A stretch of DNA of 63,652 nt, counting the filler, from Choristocarpus tenellus KU-1152 (Eukaryota > Protista > Phaeophyceae): the NCBI GenBank assembly GCA_964200185.2. It is 9 parts of 9 records of this genome, joined end to end, with 100 filler letters (N's around TTAATTAATTAA, not from the genome) between each part and the next. Parts side by side here need not be neighbours in the genome. Positions count along the whole stretch, not along the records: positions 42,665 to 54,053 come from CAXNAD020002343.1; positions 54,154 to 63,652 come from CAXNAD020003626.1; 7 more parts are not named here. The stretch is one strand, 5' to 3'. The position numbers and the translations under genes are program-made. Shown here piece by piece: positions 51,701 through 63,652 of the stretch (position 1 is its first letter; the number at the start of each line of letters is the position of its first letter). The notes under the pieces are model-generated. The model was given only the letters and a program-made list of their open reading frames with translations. It was not told the DNA's origin and ran no database searches.

Positions 51701-53368
51701 CCTTACAAGTGGTGTATAATCTTCTTGGAGAGCTGATAGAGGACCGGCCAGTCCCATTTGTGCTCCTTCCAACAAGACGACAGCAATGGGGCATATCAAA
51801 CAAAAATTATCGGGATGCTTTGAATTTGCATCACCTGAGACTCAGAACATTAAACTGCCCTTTGCCCCCCTCCCCCCTCAAGGAATACTACAAAACGTAG
51901 TGCACCTACTATTTCAGTGCTAACTTGGCTTTAAGACCACTAGGCTATCACTATGTAAAAAACACATACCTTATTGAAGTCCTGCAGCCTGCCTAGTCGA
52001 ATGGTCTTCATGGCATAGTCCACACCTGTAATCTTGTGCCGAACCACCTAGCACAAACACACATCAGAGGTTTCATAGAGATATGCAAGGCAGGTATCCA
52101 GAATGAGCCTTAGGAGGGGGGCAAGGTATTCGAATTAAAGCTTGCAAATCTGCTTGGAGTTACAGTAAGCCCAAAGACCTCTCGTGGTCAGAGGCAGGGA
52201 TTAACCAACAAAGCCAGTTCTAAATAAGCCTCTTCAAGGTTGTCGCTGAAGAGATGAGATGCATAATTTGCTTTATACTACTGATATACGCTACACAGTG
52301 CAACCCCTAAGTTACTCTTTTGAGGAGGGAATGTTTCCAATTAATATCTAATTGGTCGATGTGATGTTGGATCCTGCTTCAAACAGGATGTGATAGCATT
52401 ACCTCTTAAACAGATAGCAGACCCTCTCCGAAATTCCCTGCCCCATGCAGCCATTGCACACCCAATCCAACCAACTACATTGTATATTGTCACTAAGCCA
52501 ACATAGAAGCAGTATTCCAGGTGATACAGTTTCCTTTATCTTACAAACTACACAGTTGGAAGAAATCAACATTTTTATAATATTTTACGCCAACAGACAT
52601 TTGCAGATACTGTAAGAGGCGGGGGGGAGGGGAGGATGTACATGCCCTATTATCAGAACAGAACAGAACACAACAGAAAACACTAAACGCCTTATTATCA
52701 GATCCCAACTTCAACTTTCACTCAATATTTAACAGTATCTATATACCACTTCACTTAAGACAACTGGCCTCACAACATACCACCAATGTAATGACACCTC
52801 TATCACTGTTTTTATTGGTTATCTCATTGACTGCCCCCTACAATTTCATAAAAGGGGTCACTGCATCCAATCAGATGTAGGTGAGAGGACCATCAGACTA
52901 CTTCCCACACTTCCCACACTCCCACAGATGACCAAAGTGTGGAGGTTCACAAAAAGCTTGAGATTAAGAAAGGCCAACAGGCTAGTCTTCAACTAACCCT
53001 AACCCACACCATGACCTGTTGTCTCACCAAGAGCACTTCCACCTCCACACACAGCACACACACCTTCCACATTGAGCCTCCTTCCAACTCTCTACTCCTA
53101 CTTGTATCAATGGACAATACCTTATTGAATGCATGCAACAAGAGAACCCATCACCAAAATCCCACCTAAGCTCACCTGAACCACCCCAGAGATGCCCACA
53201 CCGAGCACGGAGCCCATGCTTCCCATAACCTTGGGCTTAGCAGTTGCAGTGAGGTCCACCTTGCTTGTATTGGTACTCTCTGGGTTGTCGCTGACATAGT
53301 ACTTTGCCCTGACGTCTCCCACCTCAGCCAGGATCAAGTTCTGCAGTGCTGCGTTCTTCTGCCGACCT
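42789..53368 (-). CDS. CDPK: Calcium-dependent protein kinase (kinase + junction + EF-hand domain); partial, 10 exons
   Basis: Exons 53368-53176 (LGVGISGVVQ; 5' edge uncertain next to poly-C), 52047-51970 (YAMKTI), 51264-51173 (LRNEV..LNHPNI), 50867-50801 (LELCTGGELL), 50285-50187 (CHRDLK), 49545-49462 (LENW..LKLIDFGLS), 48340-48195 (VGTPYTIAPE..CDLWSLGV), 44863-44701 (AKDFVSRLL..RLTAEEALRHRW), 44328-44203 (junction SLQAF..IKKLVLQMIAYTL), 42967-42789 (EF-hand DKDCNGLITLHDL). Introns are GT-AG and phases are consistent. Confidence 0.95.
45590..45790 (-). mobile_element. 3' fragment of the same RLE-type LINE family, in a CDPK intron
   Basis: AVESFGRIDKQVKRFLDELATHMVGGRG; shares GAGGAGCTAGG..AGCATCCCA with 4045-4065. 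Confidence 0.62.
45977..47500 (+). mobile_element. Ty1/copia gag-protease-preintegrase remnant inside a CDPK intron, antisense to the host gene
   Basis: Gag-like (NYANW..SPSKAWQQLREHF..LDCLDDDY), zinc knuckle (CYSCGSKGCLRAIC), protease (WCFDSGVSNSVT..MADSTSLPIEGYGKI), preintegrase (INLFHCILNHAGE); frameshifted. Confidence 0.88.
51351..51500. repeat. Near-perfect ~72-bp tandem duplication in a CDPK intron
   Basis: GGGCATGAGAGGGGACAAGAGCGAATAACATTATGATAGTTACAACAAATTCGACACATTGTGTGTGCGCCA twice, plus a diverged third unit. Confidence 0.92.
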
Positions 53369-54765
53369 CTGCAGTTCCCCCCCCCCCCCCCCCCCCCCCC
53401 CCCTTTCTGCCGGGCTCAATGAACATAGTTTATGACGCTTGCGAAAACCAAACGTAANNNNNNNNNNAACCAAACTAAAAAAACCAAAAATAATAAAAAA
53501 AATCATACACAAAAAAAAACAAAAGAAGCTCCCCCCCCCCCCCCCCCAAACATGAGAGGTGTCCAAAAGGAGAAAAACCAGTGAGAGGTACATCCAACCT
53601 TGCTCGGAATCATGATTGGTCAACAAAAAGTGTTGAATGACTTGATATTTTGGATGGGCGTTGGAAGGGACTACAGCAGGGGGAGCAGGCAAGATATTTG
53701 ATTCACTACCAAAATAATTTTAATAGGTATGATTGCAATGAATAGTGATGATACCATCAATGTACATATTGGACTAACGCAAATTTTCCTGCTGTAGACA
53801 CCAATCACCATTTAACCTACTACACCTCTGGTCAACTCGAATAAGAAGTTATTTGTACAATTGCAAGGAGACTGAAACAAAGGACACTTCATGACGATTG
53901 TCCTCTTATCAGAGCAATCCAACCTTTCACCCTCAGCTCTCTTGAAAAAGTGGATGGCCTTGGGGGGGGGGGGGGGGGGGGGCAAAAACAAAAACGGCCA
54001 CTCACCCCCCCCCCCCCCCCAAAAAAAAAAAAAAAAAAAAAAAAAAACAAAAANNNNNNNNNNNNNNNNNNNNNNNNNNNNNNNNNNNNNNNNNNNNTTA
54101 ATTAATTAANNNNNNNNNNNNNNNNNNNNNNNNNNNNNNNNNNNNNNNNNNNNTCACTCGGTACCACGGTATAACGGTATATGACATACGAGCAATACGG
54201 TATAATAACAGACAAACATGCTTTCCACAATATTCCAAATGTTATCATCGTACCACTTTGTCCTACATGGACATGGATATGGAATCAAAAGAGACAAATA
54301 ACAATATACAGAAATTTTGACAATTGTAGGAAGTTTTGTTGTCCATTAGAGATTGGAAGAAAAACAATCTCCAGAAGTTCCCCCTTGACCACAAATGTCC
54401 GAAAAGAAAACAAACTACTTCAGCCAAAGAAAATAGTTGTATTGTAGAAGAAAAGTGTCGAAATGCTTGTGGGGAGTAGGTGTGATGTCAACGATCAAGT
54501 CCAACAAGTTCTCGAGTCCAACTACTCAATATAGGCAAAGTTCCGATTTGTTTTCAAGAGTAGGTAATTGCGAATATCCCAGTTAGAGATCTAGTAGAGG
54601 CGTCATCGCCCTTACCTTCTCTATGAGTCAAGTATCAAGTCTGGGAGAGCGCTCGAAATAACCTAGTCAATCTGGACAAAATTTCGACTCCCTTCCTAAA
54701 TTGTAGTTGTTTCGAGTAATTTTTATCATTGGCTAGTCAAGTCATTAGACCCTCTGATCAGCAAC

Positions 54766-57700
54766 ATGAGGAGACTTATGAAGCTGGGCCATGTGTTTCT
54801 GTCAGCGGTGGCGGTAAGCGCTTTTGACATGATACAGATGCAGGCCTGGAAAAAGGAGCACTTGACAAATGGAACCTCGCAAATAACCAGTTGGTTTGAT
54901 GGCTGGTGAGTCAGGTCATAGTAGTATTGTGAGTTCTTCCTGAGCGTCCCTGGAGACATACCTTGACAAAAATATATCCGCAATACCCTGATTAGCACCT
55001 TCTCAACATGCTCCCTTCCAGGAATATCACTCTGAATAAGCATTTAGACGATCTAGTTCTTTTGGCCGAACAGCGCCAAATGAGAGCTGATGCCCTGATG
55101 CTGGAAATGGAAACGAGTGAGAATCCTTCTCTCCATGGAAGTGTTGGTGGTAGCGCTGGAGATGCAGCTTTAACACTGATGTTTGTGGGAGATAGTACAA
55201 TCAAGGTAGGACTCCGTTGCGTGCCAATCTAGTCCGGTACTTTTACTTCATGTCTCAGGATTCCCGAATGTAGATGACATTTGCATGTTGAATTTTTTCC
55301 CCTATTTATACTCTGCGTGGCGTTATTTTCATAAATTTGAACTGAAATCCGTGGAAAGAACTCCCCCTGCACAATATTTCACGACCTCAGGGAGTATGGT
55401 AGTTTTCGATAACCCCACCAGTTTGACGTGTACTTCGTTAACTTTTGCACCAAATGAAATCACGTCTGCGAACCACAGTTACCATGTCCTGGACAATCTG
55501 GCAGTGAAGTGGACAAAGCCAGAAAATAGCTCGCCTCGTTTGTTGGTAAACAGATCAGCATCGTTATCTGACTAATTTGACCCAACCTTACTCTCAGATG
55601 CAAGCCCAGGCCTTGGGATTGTTTGCCATGGAGAGAGTAGCACAAGATGGGACACCCCAGTGTTCTTTTGATCCACGTTCTGTTATCATACATTGTGGTA
55701 GTCAAGCCACAGGTGTAGTTGGAGGCGATAACCTTATGCACATCAGCTTCAAGCGGGTAAGTATAGAGCAATGCTCAAGTATTGAATGGATGACGAAGGA
55801 TGGTGTTTAGATTGCTGCAGTGCTCAGTTTTGCCCTTGCCACTTCCCAAGTTAGGGGTCTGTGCTAATATCCTGTGTGTTGAAGTTCCTCAATATTTGCT
55901 GCAATCTGCGTTTCCCATGCCGCAAAGGTTTGGGGTACATGTGTGGACGTCAATGCCGAGGCTGATTTTGTTTATTTTGGGTGTGGTCTCCACTTGCTCC
56001 AGCTTATTCCTGCGCGCCCACTCGAGTCTCCAGCAGCTCTCGATAGGTACTTGCATGGCCTGTTTCAGAGACGTGCAAACAGAGCATTAATGTTCAGTGT
56101 GTGTGTGTTGAGTTATGGTGTGAGAGAATTGGCGTGTAATGCTAAGACTTGATTTGTTTTGTTCTGTTTCGCATGTTAACACAAGATGCTGAAACAGACT
56201 CTTTTATTGCCAAGATCTGAACGATTTTCTACTATTTGTTGTTTTGGGGCTGGCACCCGAGTGCGGAGTGCTGTTCTTATTCCTGTGTTGGGTTGGCGGA
56301 CATGATCTTCAATCATGTATACGATTATATTTTAATGCGACAAATCTATGATAAGGGTTTCGAAAATTTCGCTACAGGCACAAGTCAAGATAATGAGGGG
56401 CCTTGAAATAAATTTTGTGCTGTGGAATGGTAGAGGGAGGTACATCACACATCACATTCCGCTCACGCCATTCTGTGTGCAGGATGGTACTGGGGTACCA
56501 CGTAATGGTACTTGAAGCTAGCAATAAGGTATACTGTAATGTAGTAGTTCTATGTTCTCTGGCAATACAGCCAAATCAAGTCGGACGCCTCTGCATTGTA
56601 CCTACCGACAGCCCCTGAAATATTTCCAAGTAGAGTAACCCTCTTGACAGGCATTTCCCCTTTGCCCCCCCCCTGCAAAGAATCACTTGCGCAACCGCCC
56701 ACATACTCGCCTAAGCTGGTCCTACTTGTCTACACACTGCCTGTGGTTGATAGGTGGCTGCATTATGAGGATTATCTTGAGAACGCCACCAACGCATACA
56801 GGGCTCTGAACTCCAAACGTGTTGGTTACTTGGGGGAAGCATTTATGACAACGCATGCCCTGCATGAAGGAAGTATGACAGGAACATACCCAAGGGGGGT
56901 AAGCCTTTATAGAAAGAGAGATCCCACATGCATCAACACTTGCATCCGTGTGGTGAGTCTGTTGGTGAGGACTCTACCATTTTTGCTGAGAGGGACTTTC
57001 TGAAAAGAGGTTTTGGTGCCATTTTCTGTGTGCTGATTACCTGTTCTTCTGGGGAAGAACTGATCGTAAAGAGTAGGTGTTTCATGTGTGGACAATTAAA
57101 TAGAGTTTGAGAGTGAGTGTCATGCCGTAGTGCGGTGTCCCATGGAGTGGTATATATAGGTGAAAATACAGTGCTGGAGTCATCTACCTCAAGGGTTCAC
57201 TGACTACTGTTGAGAACTGATCTTTTTGAACACCTGGAAACAGGGAGACTTGGGATGTCATTACACTTTACCTAGCACTTGTTCATCATTTAATCACAAC
57301 TGCTCTGCTTAAATGCAACATGCTTAGCCCAGTACCCCTTTGCAAGTTTTTTCAATATACTCATGCTCTGATGATACACATTGTACCTCACAACCCAGGT
57401 TCTGCATGTTGACGTTATCTTCCTCAATGAAATAGATTGCTCAAACACTGGTTATGGACATTCGCCACAAATACAGAGATTAAGGGATCGATCATTACTG
57501 AAATTTCGGTTGAAGGAAATAAATCTGTATATATGGTTCCTCATTAATATAGTATTTGCCATACTGAACATTCCTTGTGCTCCGCCTCTTTTTCCCCCCT
57601 CCCTCCCTCTCTCTCTCTCCGTGTGCTCATAAATGAGTCAGATCAAAGGTGTTCGGCTCTATTCTAAGCCTAAAGATGGCGGTCTCTCCCCTGCTGATAT

Positions 57701-60700
57701 TTGTACTCAAGGTACATCTCAGGACGTATTGATCATCCTTGCCATTTTTTGTCTTATTTTTTCTATTCAAATGCTGTCTGATGTTACGTTTTGGTCATAT
57801 GTAGCATCTGCTAGTCCCCTTATAACCTCAACTCTTGAACTGCAATCCCTTTTGTTGGAGTAAGCCTAACTGTGAAAGTGAGAGACTCACCTCTTCGCTT
57901 GCTCAAAAGACAGTATGTGAGGAGCTGGGTGGGTTTTGGCTTCAGCTATACTTTTTTGTGTCCATAATAACTCTCCTATAACTATCACATACCAGAATTT
58001 AAATCCTGTCTTGCAGGGTAGAGAAGAGTTGAGGTTTACACTACAGGTTTCATTGAGTAGGTGGGGGAAGACATGGAGAGGGTTGCGATATTGGAAATGG
58101 TAAACTTGTGTGGGTTGAGTTGTTTTTGTAAGATGCTAAGATCATTACCCATCCATGCACCCACTCCTGCAGGTGTATTCAACAATGACGGTGTGATTTC
58201 ACTTAACAAGCGAGCATCAGAGGTGATGGACCGACTTATGGTTCCAATGGTTCCATCATACAAGATTGTCGAGGGGCAGGGCTGGGCTACATTCGATGCA
58301 GTGTACGTTACTGGGGTGGTCAAAAGCAGCCCGTACATACAATGTAGAACCACTTACTGAGCCTGCATGTTGACAAATCTTCGTTTAATTCTCAGTCTAT
58401 GTACAGGATGATGTTGATTTGTGTTCTTGTACATGAATATTGCTTGCCATGCATGACTGGCCTTGTCTTGTTGGTTTTGAATTTGATTTTGATGTGCTTC
58501 TTTCTGAAACAGAATTTGTCGTTGATGTCTTCATATTCTTTTTCTTTATAGCTTGTGATAGGGTCTCGTCTCACTTTGTTAACTCTGTTTTTTTTCTGAC
58601 CTGACTCAAAATTCTCTTATTCGTATGTTCAACTTTGGAGTTAGAGTAAGGCAATGTAGTAGCAGGGAAAAATTCAGATAATTGTAGATACTGCAATTGT
58701 AGTTTGTACTAAATTGGGAGGGTCAGAAATGGTAGTGCATAGTATTTTGATTAGGTTGATGAAATTCAAATATATCCACCCAATGAGAAAACTGAATTAG
58801 TTCTAATCAGTTATTATCCACTTTTGATCCTTCCGATTTGGTACAATTCTAACTACTCAGTTATCTGTAATTGTCCGACCTATTTGACATTAGTTCATGG
58901 CCTAAGACTTCAAAGTTTTCCTTGTTCAAATATTGAAATTCTACTATAGTAGTGGGGAAGGTAGTTAGGGAAGTAGCTGCTCCGATGCCATGGTGGCATC
59001 TCAACTTCTGACAGCTCCCAATGAAAGAGTTGTGCCTGATGCTATTCTAGACCCGTTTTTGAACTCATCCTTAACTGCCCACCATCACTCATCACCCCCC
59101 CGTTTCCAGTCTAACTCTCCTAAAAATTAACAGTAGCCTCCCTCCGATCAACCCACATTATTTGGTTGTGATTAAAAAAAAAAATCTTTTAGTAAGATGT
59201 GAGTTGGAAGATGCGAGATAGTCAAACCCTATCTCACTTGCTCATTTGATCCTTTAAAATTGTGGTCTTTTCTAGTTAGAGTGTTGCAATTGACAAGATG
59301 CAATCAACTTATTTGGTCAAGGAGTTGATATTCTATGCTCAGTACCACAGTTGGTCAATTTTTAGCAAAAAATATTGGCCACACCCATTCAGCAACATGA
59401 GTGAAAATATCTTAAGAGGGTACGAGTTTTGCCCTGTTTCTCCGTTTGGGGCTTGGCTTTCCACAGGTATTTTACGACATTTTACTTCCTCTGGAACATT
59501 TCAGAGTAGGTAAAATATATACGTTATGAAAAGGTGTGTCCTGAACAAGGATATTGACACTTCCTAACAAACACGATAGCCAAAATTACATTAAAATCGC
59601 AACATTGAATTTTGGCCTCCAGGCCAATGTGACTCTACCCTCTGAGATACTTTGACTCACATGGTACTGTGGTGGTTGATTGTGTTAATGCCAGATCCAT
59701 TGCCTTCCACTTGAAGTGCGTGATAAGAGCAATGGCCAATTGGATGGAGCTGGTGAATTGCATGGTTGATGTATTCAAGAGATGATTTTGGGCCACCTTC
59801 TGAATCTGGTGTACCTCATCCTCTTAAACCTTTCTGTGACTCTTGTCATCTCTCATGCAGTGACCCTTCAATCACTGGCCCCATGTATTTGAAAATCATT
59901 GTTTACAATAGTGTGCATCAGGGAAAGACAACGGACAATGAAAAGTAGTAAGATAGACCGTAAACACTCAACCCGAAATAGACAACATTGTAGACTTCTA
60001 CCCATTATAGAACCCCTTTGCTAAGCACAATCCTGTTCTGAGTCTACCCGTCATTAGAATCTTGTGTGAGATAGTTGCAGCAGGAAATCCAAGCAGGTAA
60101 CTTGAAAGGACAGGCAGCCAGGACACGCAAGTAAATGGTGTGATTTTCCAGCATGTGGTTGATGTGCTTCGACAGTAGTTGGGCTTATTCATTGCACTGC
60201 ACTTAAGTCATTAATGGGGCTGGGGTGTGGGACCCAATCTGAAAGAGGGTCATTGGCAATGGAGATGTCATGTTAAACGCATTGAGATTTACTCCAAGAA
60301 ACCTTGTTGTGTATGCATAGTTCCATTTGATGCAATATGTTTATTGTTTCATGGATCGACTCATCTTCTCCCATTACACTTGCGGAATGGATGTGACTGG
60401 GTTCGTTTGCCTCAAGTTATCTAGGAGTAGTATGTGGGGAGCTTAGTACTCTGTATATTTCTATCCATTTCGTCTTGTTTCACCAGATGAAATTATGATG
60501 GCGTGAAAAAGACTACGAAGATGAAGACCACAAGATGTGAGATGAGATCGATTATCTCATATCTCGGAACCATGTTTGTTCTTTGCTTTTGCTAGCTTAC
60601 CCCCCCCTCCTCCTGGTGTTGCGTGGGGTAAGAAAGGCCTGTGAATTTCACCAGTCTTTCGCTGAATTGCTCTATCTGCAACACCCTCCTCAATAACCTT

Positions 60701-60981
60701 AATTAACTAGTGCAGCACCATTGCTCATGATATTTATAGCCAAAAAGTATCTATGAATGAAATGTGAAGAGCCAGATGTGTGTTTCCCTCTGTGGTACAA
60801 TGCTTGACAATGTGTCGTTTGCTTTCTTTTGTTTCCTTCCATCCCGCACAGGCACTATGAATGGCTGGTGCCTTTAGAGCTCAGCCACGTTTGTTTAATT
60901 ATATCAGGTCTTAAGGACAAGGCTAGATTTCAGGTTTCTCCCGTCACCACTGAGGAAGGAGTGTTAGGGCCTGGTGTGTAG
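54766..60981 (+). CDS. Secreted SGNH/GDSL-fold protein (PC-esterase/TBL/Cas1-like O-acetyl esterase or transferase); 8 exons, apparently complete
   Basis: Exons 54766-54905 (signal-peptide-like MRRLMKLGHVFLSAVAVSA), 55022-55205 (LMFVGDSTIK), 55598-55756, 55928-56046 (DFVYFGCGLH), 56754-56952, 57642-57711, 58173-58302 (..ATFDAV), 60852-60981 (HYEWLVPLE..stop). Phases chain correctly, and the catalytic DxxH (DAVH) forms across the last intron. Exon 6 and the 3' end are the least certain parts. Confidence 0.78.
59399..59658 (+). mobile_element. MITE family A, full copy in the last intron of the SGNH gene
   Basis: GAGTGAAAATATCTTAAGAGGG...CCCTCTGAGATACTTTGACTC; flanked by ACAT on both sides. Confidence 0.9.
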
Positions 60982-61919
60982 TTGGCAGGAAAATTGCTAA
61001 GGGTTCAGGATTAGCACTAGATAGACCTAGAGATATTGTGGTGGTTGGCAAAGTTAAAGCGCGATACACAATTGCATAGCTGAGGAGTGCTTTGTGGAGA
61101 TAAGGCAGAATACAGGTAGAGGGCGTGCAGCAAGATCTGATCCACAAAAGCGATCATGTGAGACGTACAGGATGCAAAGGAAACAACAAGGAAGATGAAT
61201 GAATAGTTGTGGTGAGCCACTAGTATCTGACGGAGACAATGCGAGAGGTGGACCTACAGGGTGGTGTCGTAGGGATTGACAACCAGACCGTATGGAGTGC
61301 TGTCTGTATGGAGGACCACACACTCTCATTCTTCTTGTCCTTCAGTTGTTTCCTCACGTCCGGGATCTTACACAGGTGCCTGCATTGCTTGTGAGTGCTA
61401 GGGCATAAGGCTTTTGCTCACCCTAAACGCAGTGAGGTCATTGGGGTGGCAGGGTAAGGATCAAATAAATCTGGTTCAACCATGAGAAGGAAGAGGAGAA
61501 AGTGCAAGATAAAAGGGAGAGGAGGTGGTAACAATTGCCGGAGATGGTGGAGAGGGGGAAAGTGTTGAGACCTGAATCGAATGCATCGTAGTTGTGAGCA
61601 AAATGCATAGACTACGAGCGATGACGAATCATGGTGTTGCATGAGTAAAATGCGTAGTGTGTATTGTGAATAGATGTGATTGTGCCGCAAAGCATTGATG
61701 TATCTATTCTGTTGCAACTGAAGTCATTGATCTCTCAGTCAAGAATGATATGATGTGAATTCAGTGTTCTTTCATGGGATACTCAACGAAAGAAGTACAT
61801 GCTCTATGGAGAGGCTTGTTACCTTGTCTGGGAAGGGTTTCTGTGAATGGTTTTAGCTCTGAATATATTACGTCCAGGTGTGCATCAGGTATACCTTATT
61901 GCAGAGTGAGCTTGGTGCA

Positions 61920-62268
61920 TTATGAGGGATCAATGATAACCAAGAAATAAATAATAATCAACAATTAATGTACAACTGTCATCTTCTGCTGATAAGAAGA
62001 GAAGAGAGAGAAAACAAAAGGACAAACAAGAGAACAAGAGAACAAACTTGAATCAATATGTGATGCAACTCAAGTGACGGATACTATTCCTGTGTGTGTG
62101 GAATGTAGAGCAACTCTTTGTATTGCGGTGTTCTGATGGTAATTGATGTGGTGATGATGAACTAGTGACAGTAATGACCAGCGCGTAACAGACCAATTAA
62201 CAGTCAGTGCTGACTGATGGAACTGTATCGTATCAAGGAAAAACAGATGAGTAGCCTTTGTTTTAACA
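61920..62268 (-). mobile_element. Probable LTR of the same family as 34312-34351
   Basis: Ends in GTATCAAGGAAAAACAGATGAGTAGCCTTTGTTTTAACA, nearly identical to 34312-34351. Left boundary uncertain; no TSD seen. Confidence 0.45.
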
Positions 62269-62789
62269 GAAAGCAAGTCTAATGGTATACCAGTGCAGCT
62301 TGGTGGGTTCTTGTCGGCAAGAGATGATGGGAGCATTGAGAAATGGGACGAACTTCGGTTCTTTAACAGTGGGTGTTCAGAGCACATGACAAAGAAACCT
62401 ACCCATGCTTCCTGACCCGACCATGAAACGATCACCCGATACACCAGACATAACAGCGAGGATCGTGTGAGGACTAGTTATTGCTGAGGTGGGGGGCAGG
62501 AACAGGCAAACTCGCCCCTACAAGGGCACGGAGTAGATATCATCTCAGGGAGTTGTCTGGGGAGATTCCAAGGTCAGAGGAGGATGCTGTATAGTGTGAC
62601 AAGAGAGCATAAACTTGGAGGGCTTGAGGCACATGTCATTTTCCCAGGGTCAAGTGTTTAGTTAGGAGAGCCCCCCCTCAAGGATAGCCAGAGCTGATGT
62701 CGATCGGGGGAGGTCTGCTGGAGAATCAGAGGAGGACGCTGTGGCCACTGATGAGCTGGCCTTAGCAGGGGCTGCAGCACTTGTCCCTG

Positions 62790-63100
62790 CCCCATGGTGG
62801 GGGAGTGAGACCGGGTACACACTTTGACATCCATCAGTTGTATCATCAACTGGGATATTGTCATGAGGTGATGGTTCCAAATTTTGCGAAGGGGGGCGAC
62901 ATTAATTTGACTGGCAGGTGGAAGAAGTATTGCAAGGAATGTGCTATTGGCGGGGCTCGTCGAAAACCAGTCCCAACGATGATGTTGAGCAGATTGGAGA
63001 AACGTCTGGGCAACGTCTTTGTTGATATGAGCGATCTGAAGCCTAGGACGAGTTGTACAGGAGCCCTTATGTAGGAAATGATAATCGTCTGCAACAGGAT
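62790..63100 (+). mobile_element. Ty1/copia preintegrase/integrase fragment
   Basis: DIHQLYHQLG..AKGGDINLTGRWKKYCKECAIGGARRKPVP..RLGNVFVDMSDLKP (cf. CxxC..KxxRxP..VHxDLxGP). Confidence 0.75.
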
Positions 63101-63652
63101 GGGGTATATTAGATTCCTGAACGAACCAAACGCGATACTACCCAGGTATTCCGTGCATTCATCTGTGATGTGGTAGGAGTGAAGAACAAGATCATTGGGT
63201 GTGAGAGGACTGATGAGGGGGAGGGGTTCAAATATGCTGAATTTGAGAATGCACTGGAAGAATTCAAGATAATGCATGAGTACACTATGAGTGGAACTCC
63301 TTAGTTCAATGGGAAAGTGGAATAAGCTATTGCACTGATTGTGGAGAAAGGCTTGGTCATCAAGCATGAATTTAGTCTGGGGGATTGACAGGCATCGTGG
63401 GCTAACTTAGGGCACTGAAGCACAAATTAATTGGATGTCATGAATCTTATGACATGCTGTGTGTAGAGCCTGGTTGAATAGTGGAATGTGGTGCACTGTT
63501 CTACAGTGTGTTTAAAAAAAGTGACCCATGCTCTTAGTAGAGACTCGTTCATTGGGAAGGAAGGTTATGGGTGCATTTGTTACAGGCGAATAGCGCGAGT
63601 ATTTCTTCCCGCGCTTTAACTGGCGCGAGCAGTATACGCGCGTGGGGAACCC

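Noticed and set aside
13340-53368. Dynein + PPP phosphatase + CDPK as a flagellar Ca2+-signalling gene cluster
   Set aside because: The genes are on different contigs joined by artificial linkers, so adjacency is not evidence of linkage.
53375-54053. Long poly-C/G/A runs as G-quadruplex or regulatory elements (also 31160-31225, 32750-32920, 38735-38792, 42495-42564)
   Set aside because: They cluster at contig ends and internal N gaps, consistent with low-quality sequence.
54813-54837. Tiny ~25-nt intron GTAAGC..ACAG in the first SGNH exon
   Set aside because: It is implausibly short, and the sequence reads through in frame to complete the signal-peptide-like segment.
57910-58046. Alternative micro-exons of the SGNH gene (TVCEELG at ~57910; GREELRFTLQ at ~58017)
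   Set aside because: They have AG/GT borders but no motif support. Exon 57642-57711 already supplies the needed phase, and the question cannot be resolved without transcripts.

Overview
Eukaryotic, intron-rich nuclear DNA. The gene families and transposon types suggest a flagellated stramenopile, probably a brown alga or relative (inference). The window is not contiguous: nine contigs are joined by artificial N..TTAATTAATTAA..N linkers. Genes reconstructed by hand from splice sites and reading-frame phase: 24 internal exons of an axonemal dynein heavy chain (-, three GC-AG introns), 10 exons of a calcium-dependent protein kinase (-), two exons of a PPP-family phosphatase (+), an apparently complete 8-exon secreted SGNH-fold protein (+), and single exons of a Cys-rich membrane protein and an MFSD5-like transporter. 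The rest is mostly decayed transposons: Ty1/copia, RLE-type LINEs, a mariner-like and a Sola2-like transposase, two related MITE families, foldbacks and satellites. I see no CRISPR array, rRNA or convincing tRNA. The best candidate for an undescribed system is a DNA-transposon set. It comprises two MITE families sharing a CAAAGTATCT terminal core and a TCCATTTGG subterminal box, plus a Sola2-like transposase apparently followed by Tudor-like modules; the link between them is inferred, not shown. The repeats also carry a clear CpG-decay footprint, suggesting past or present cytosine methylation. All family assignments are from motif recognition, not database searches.
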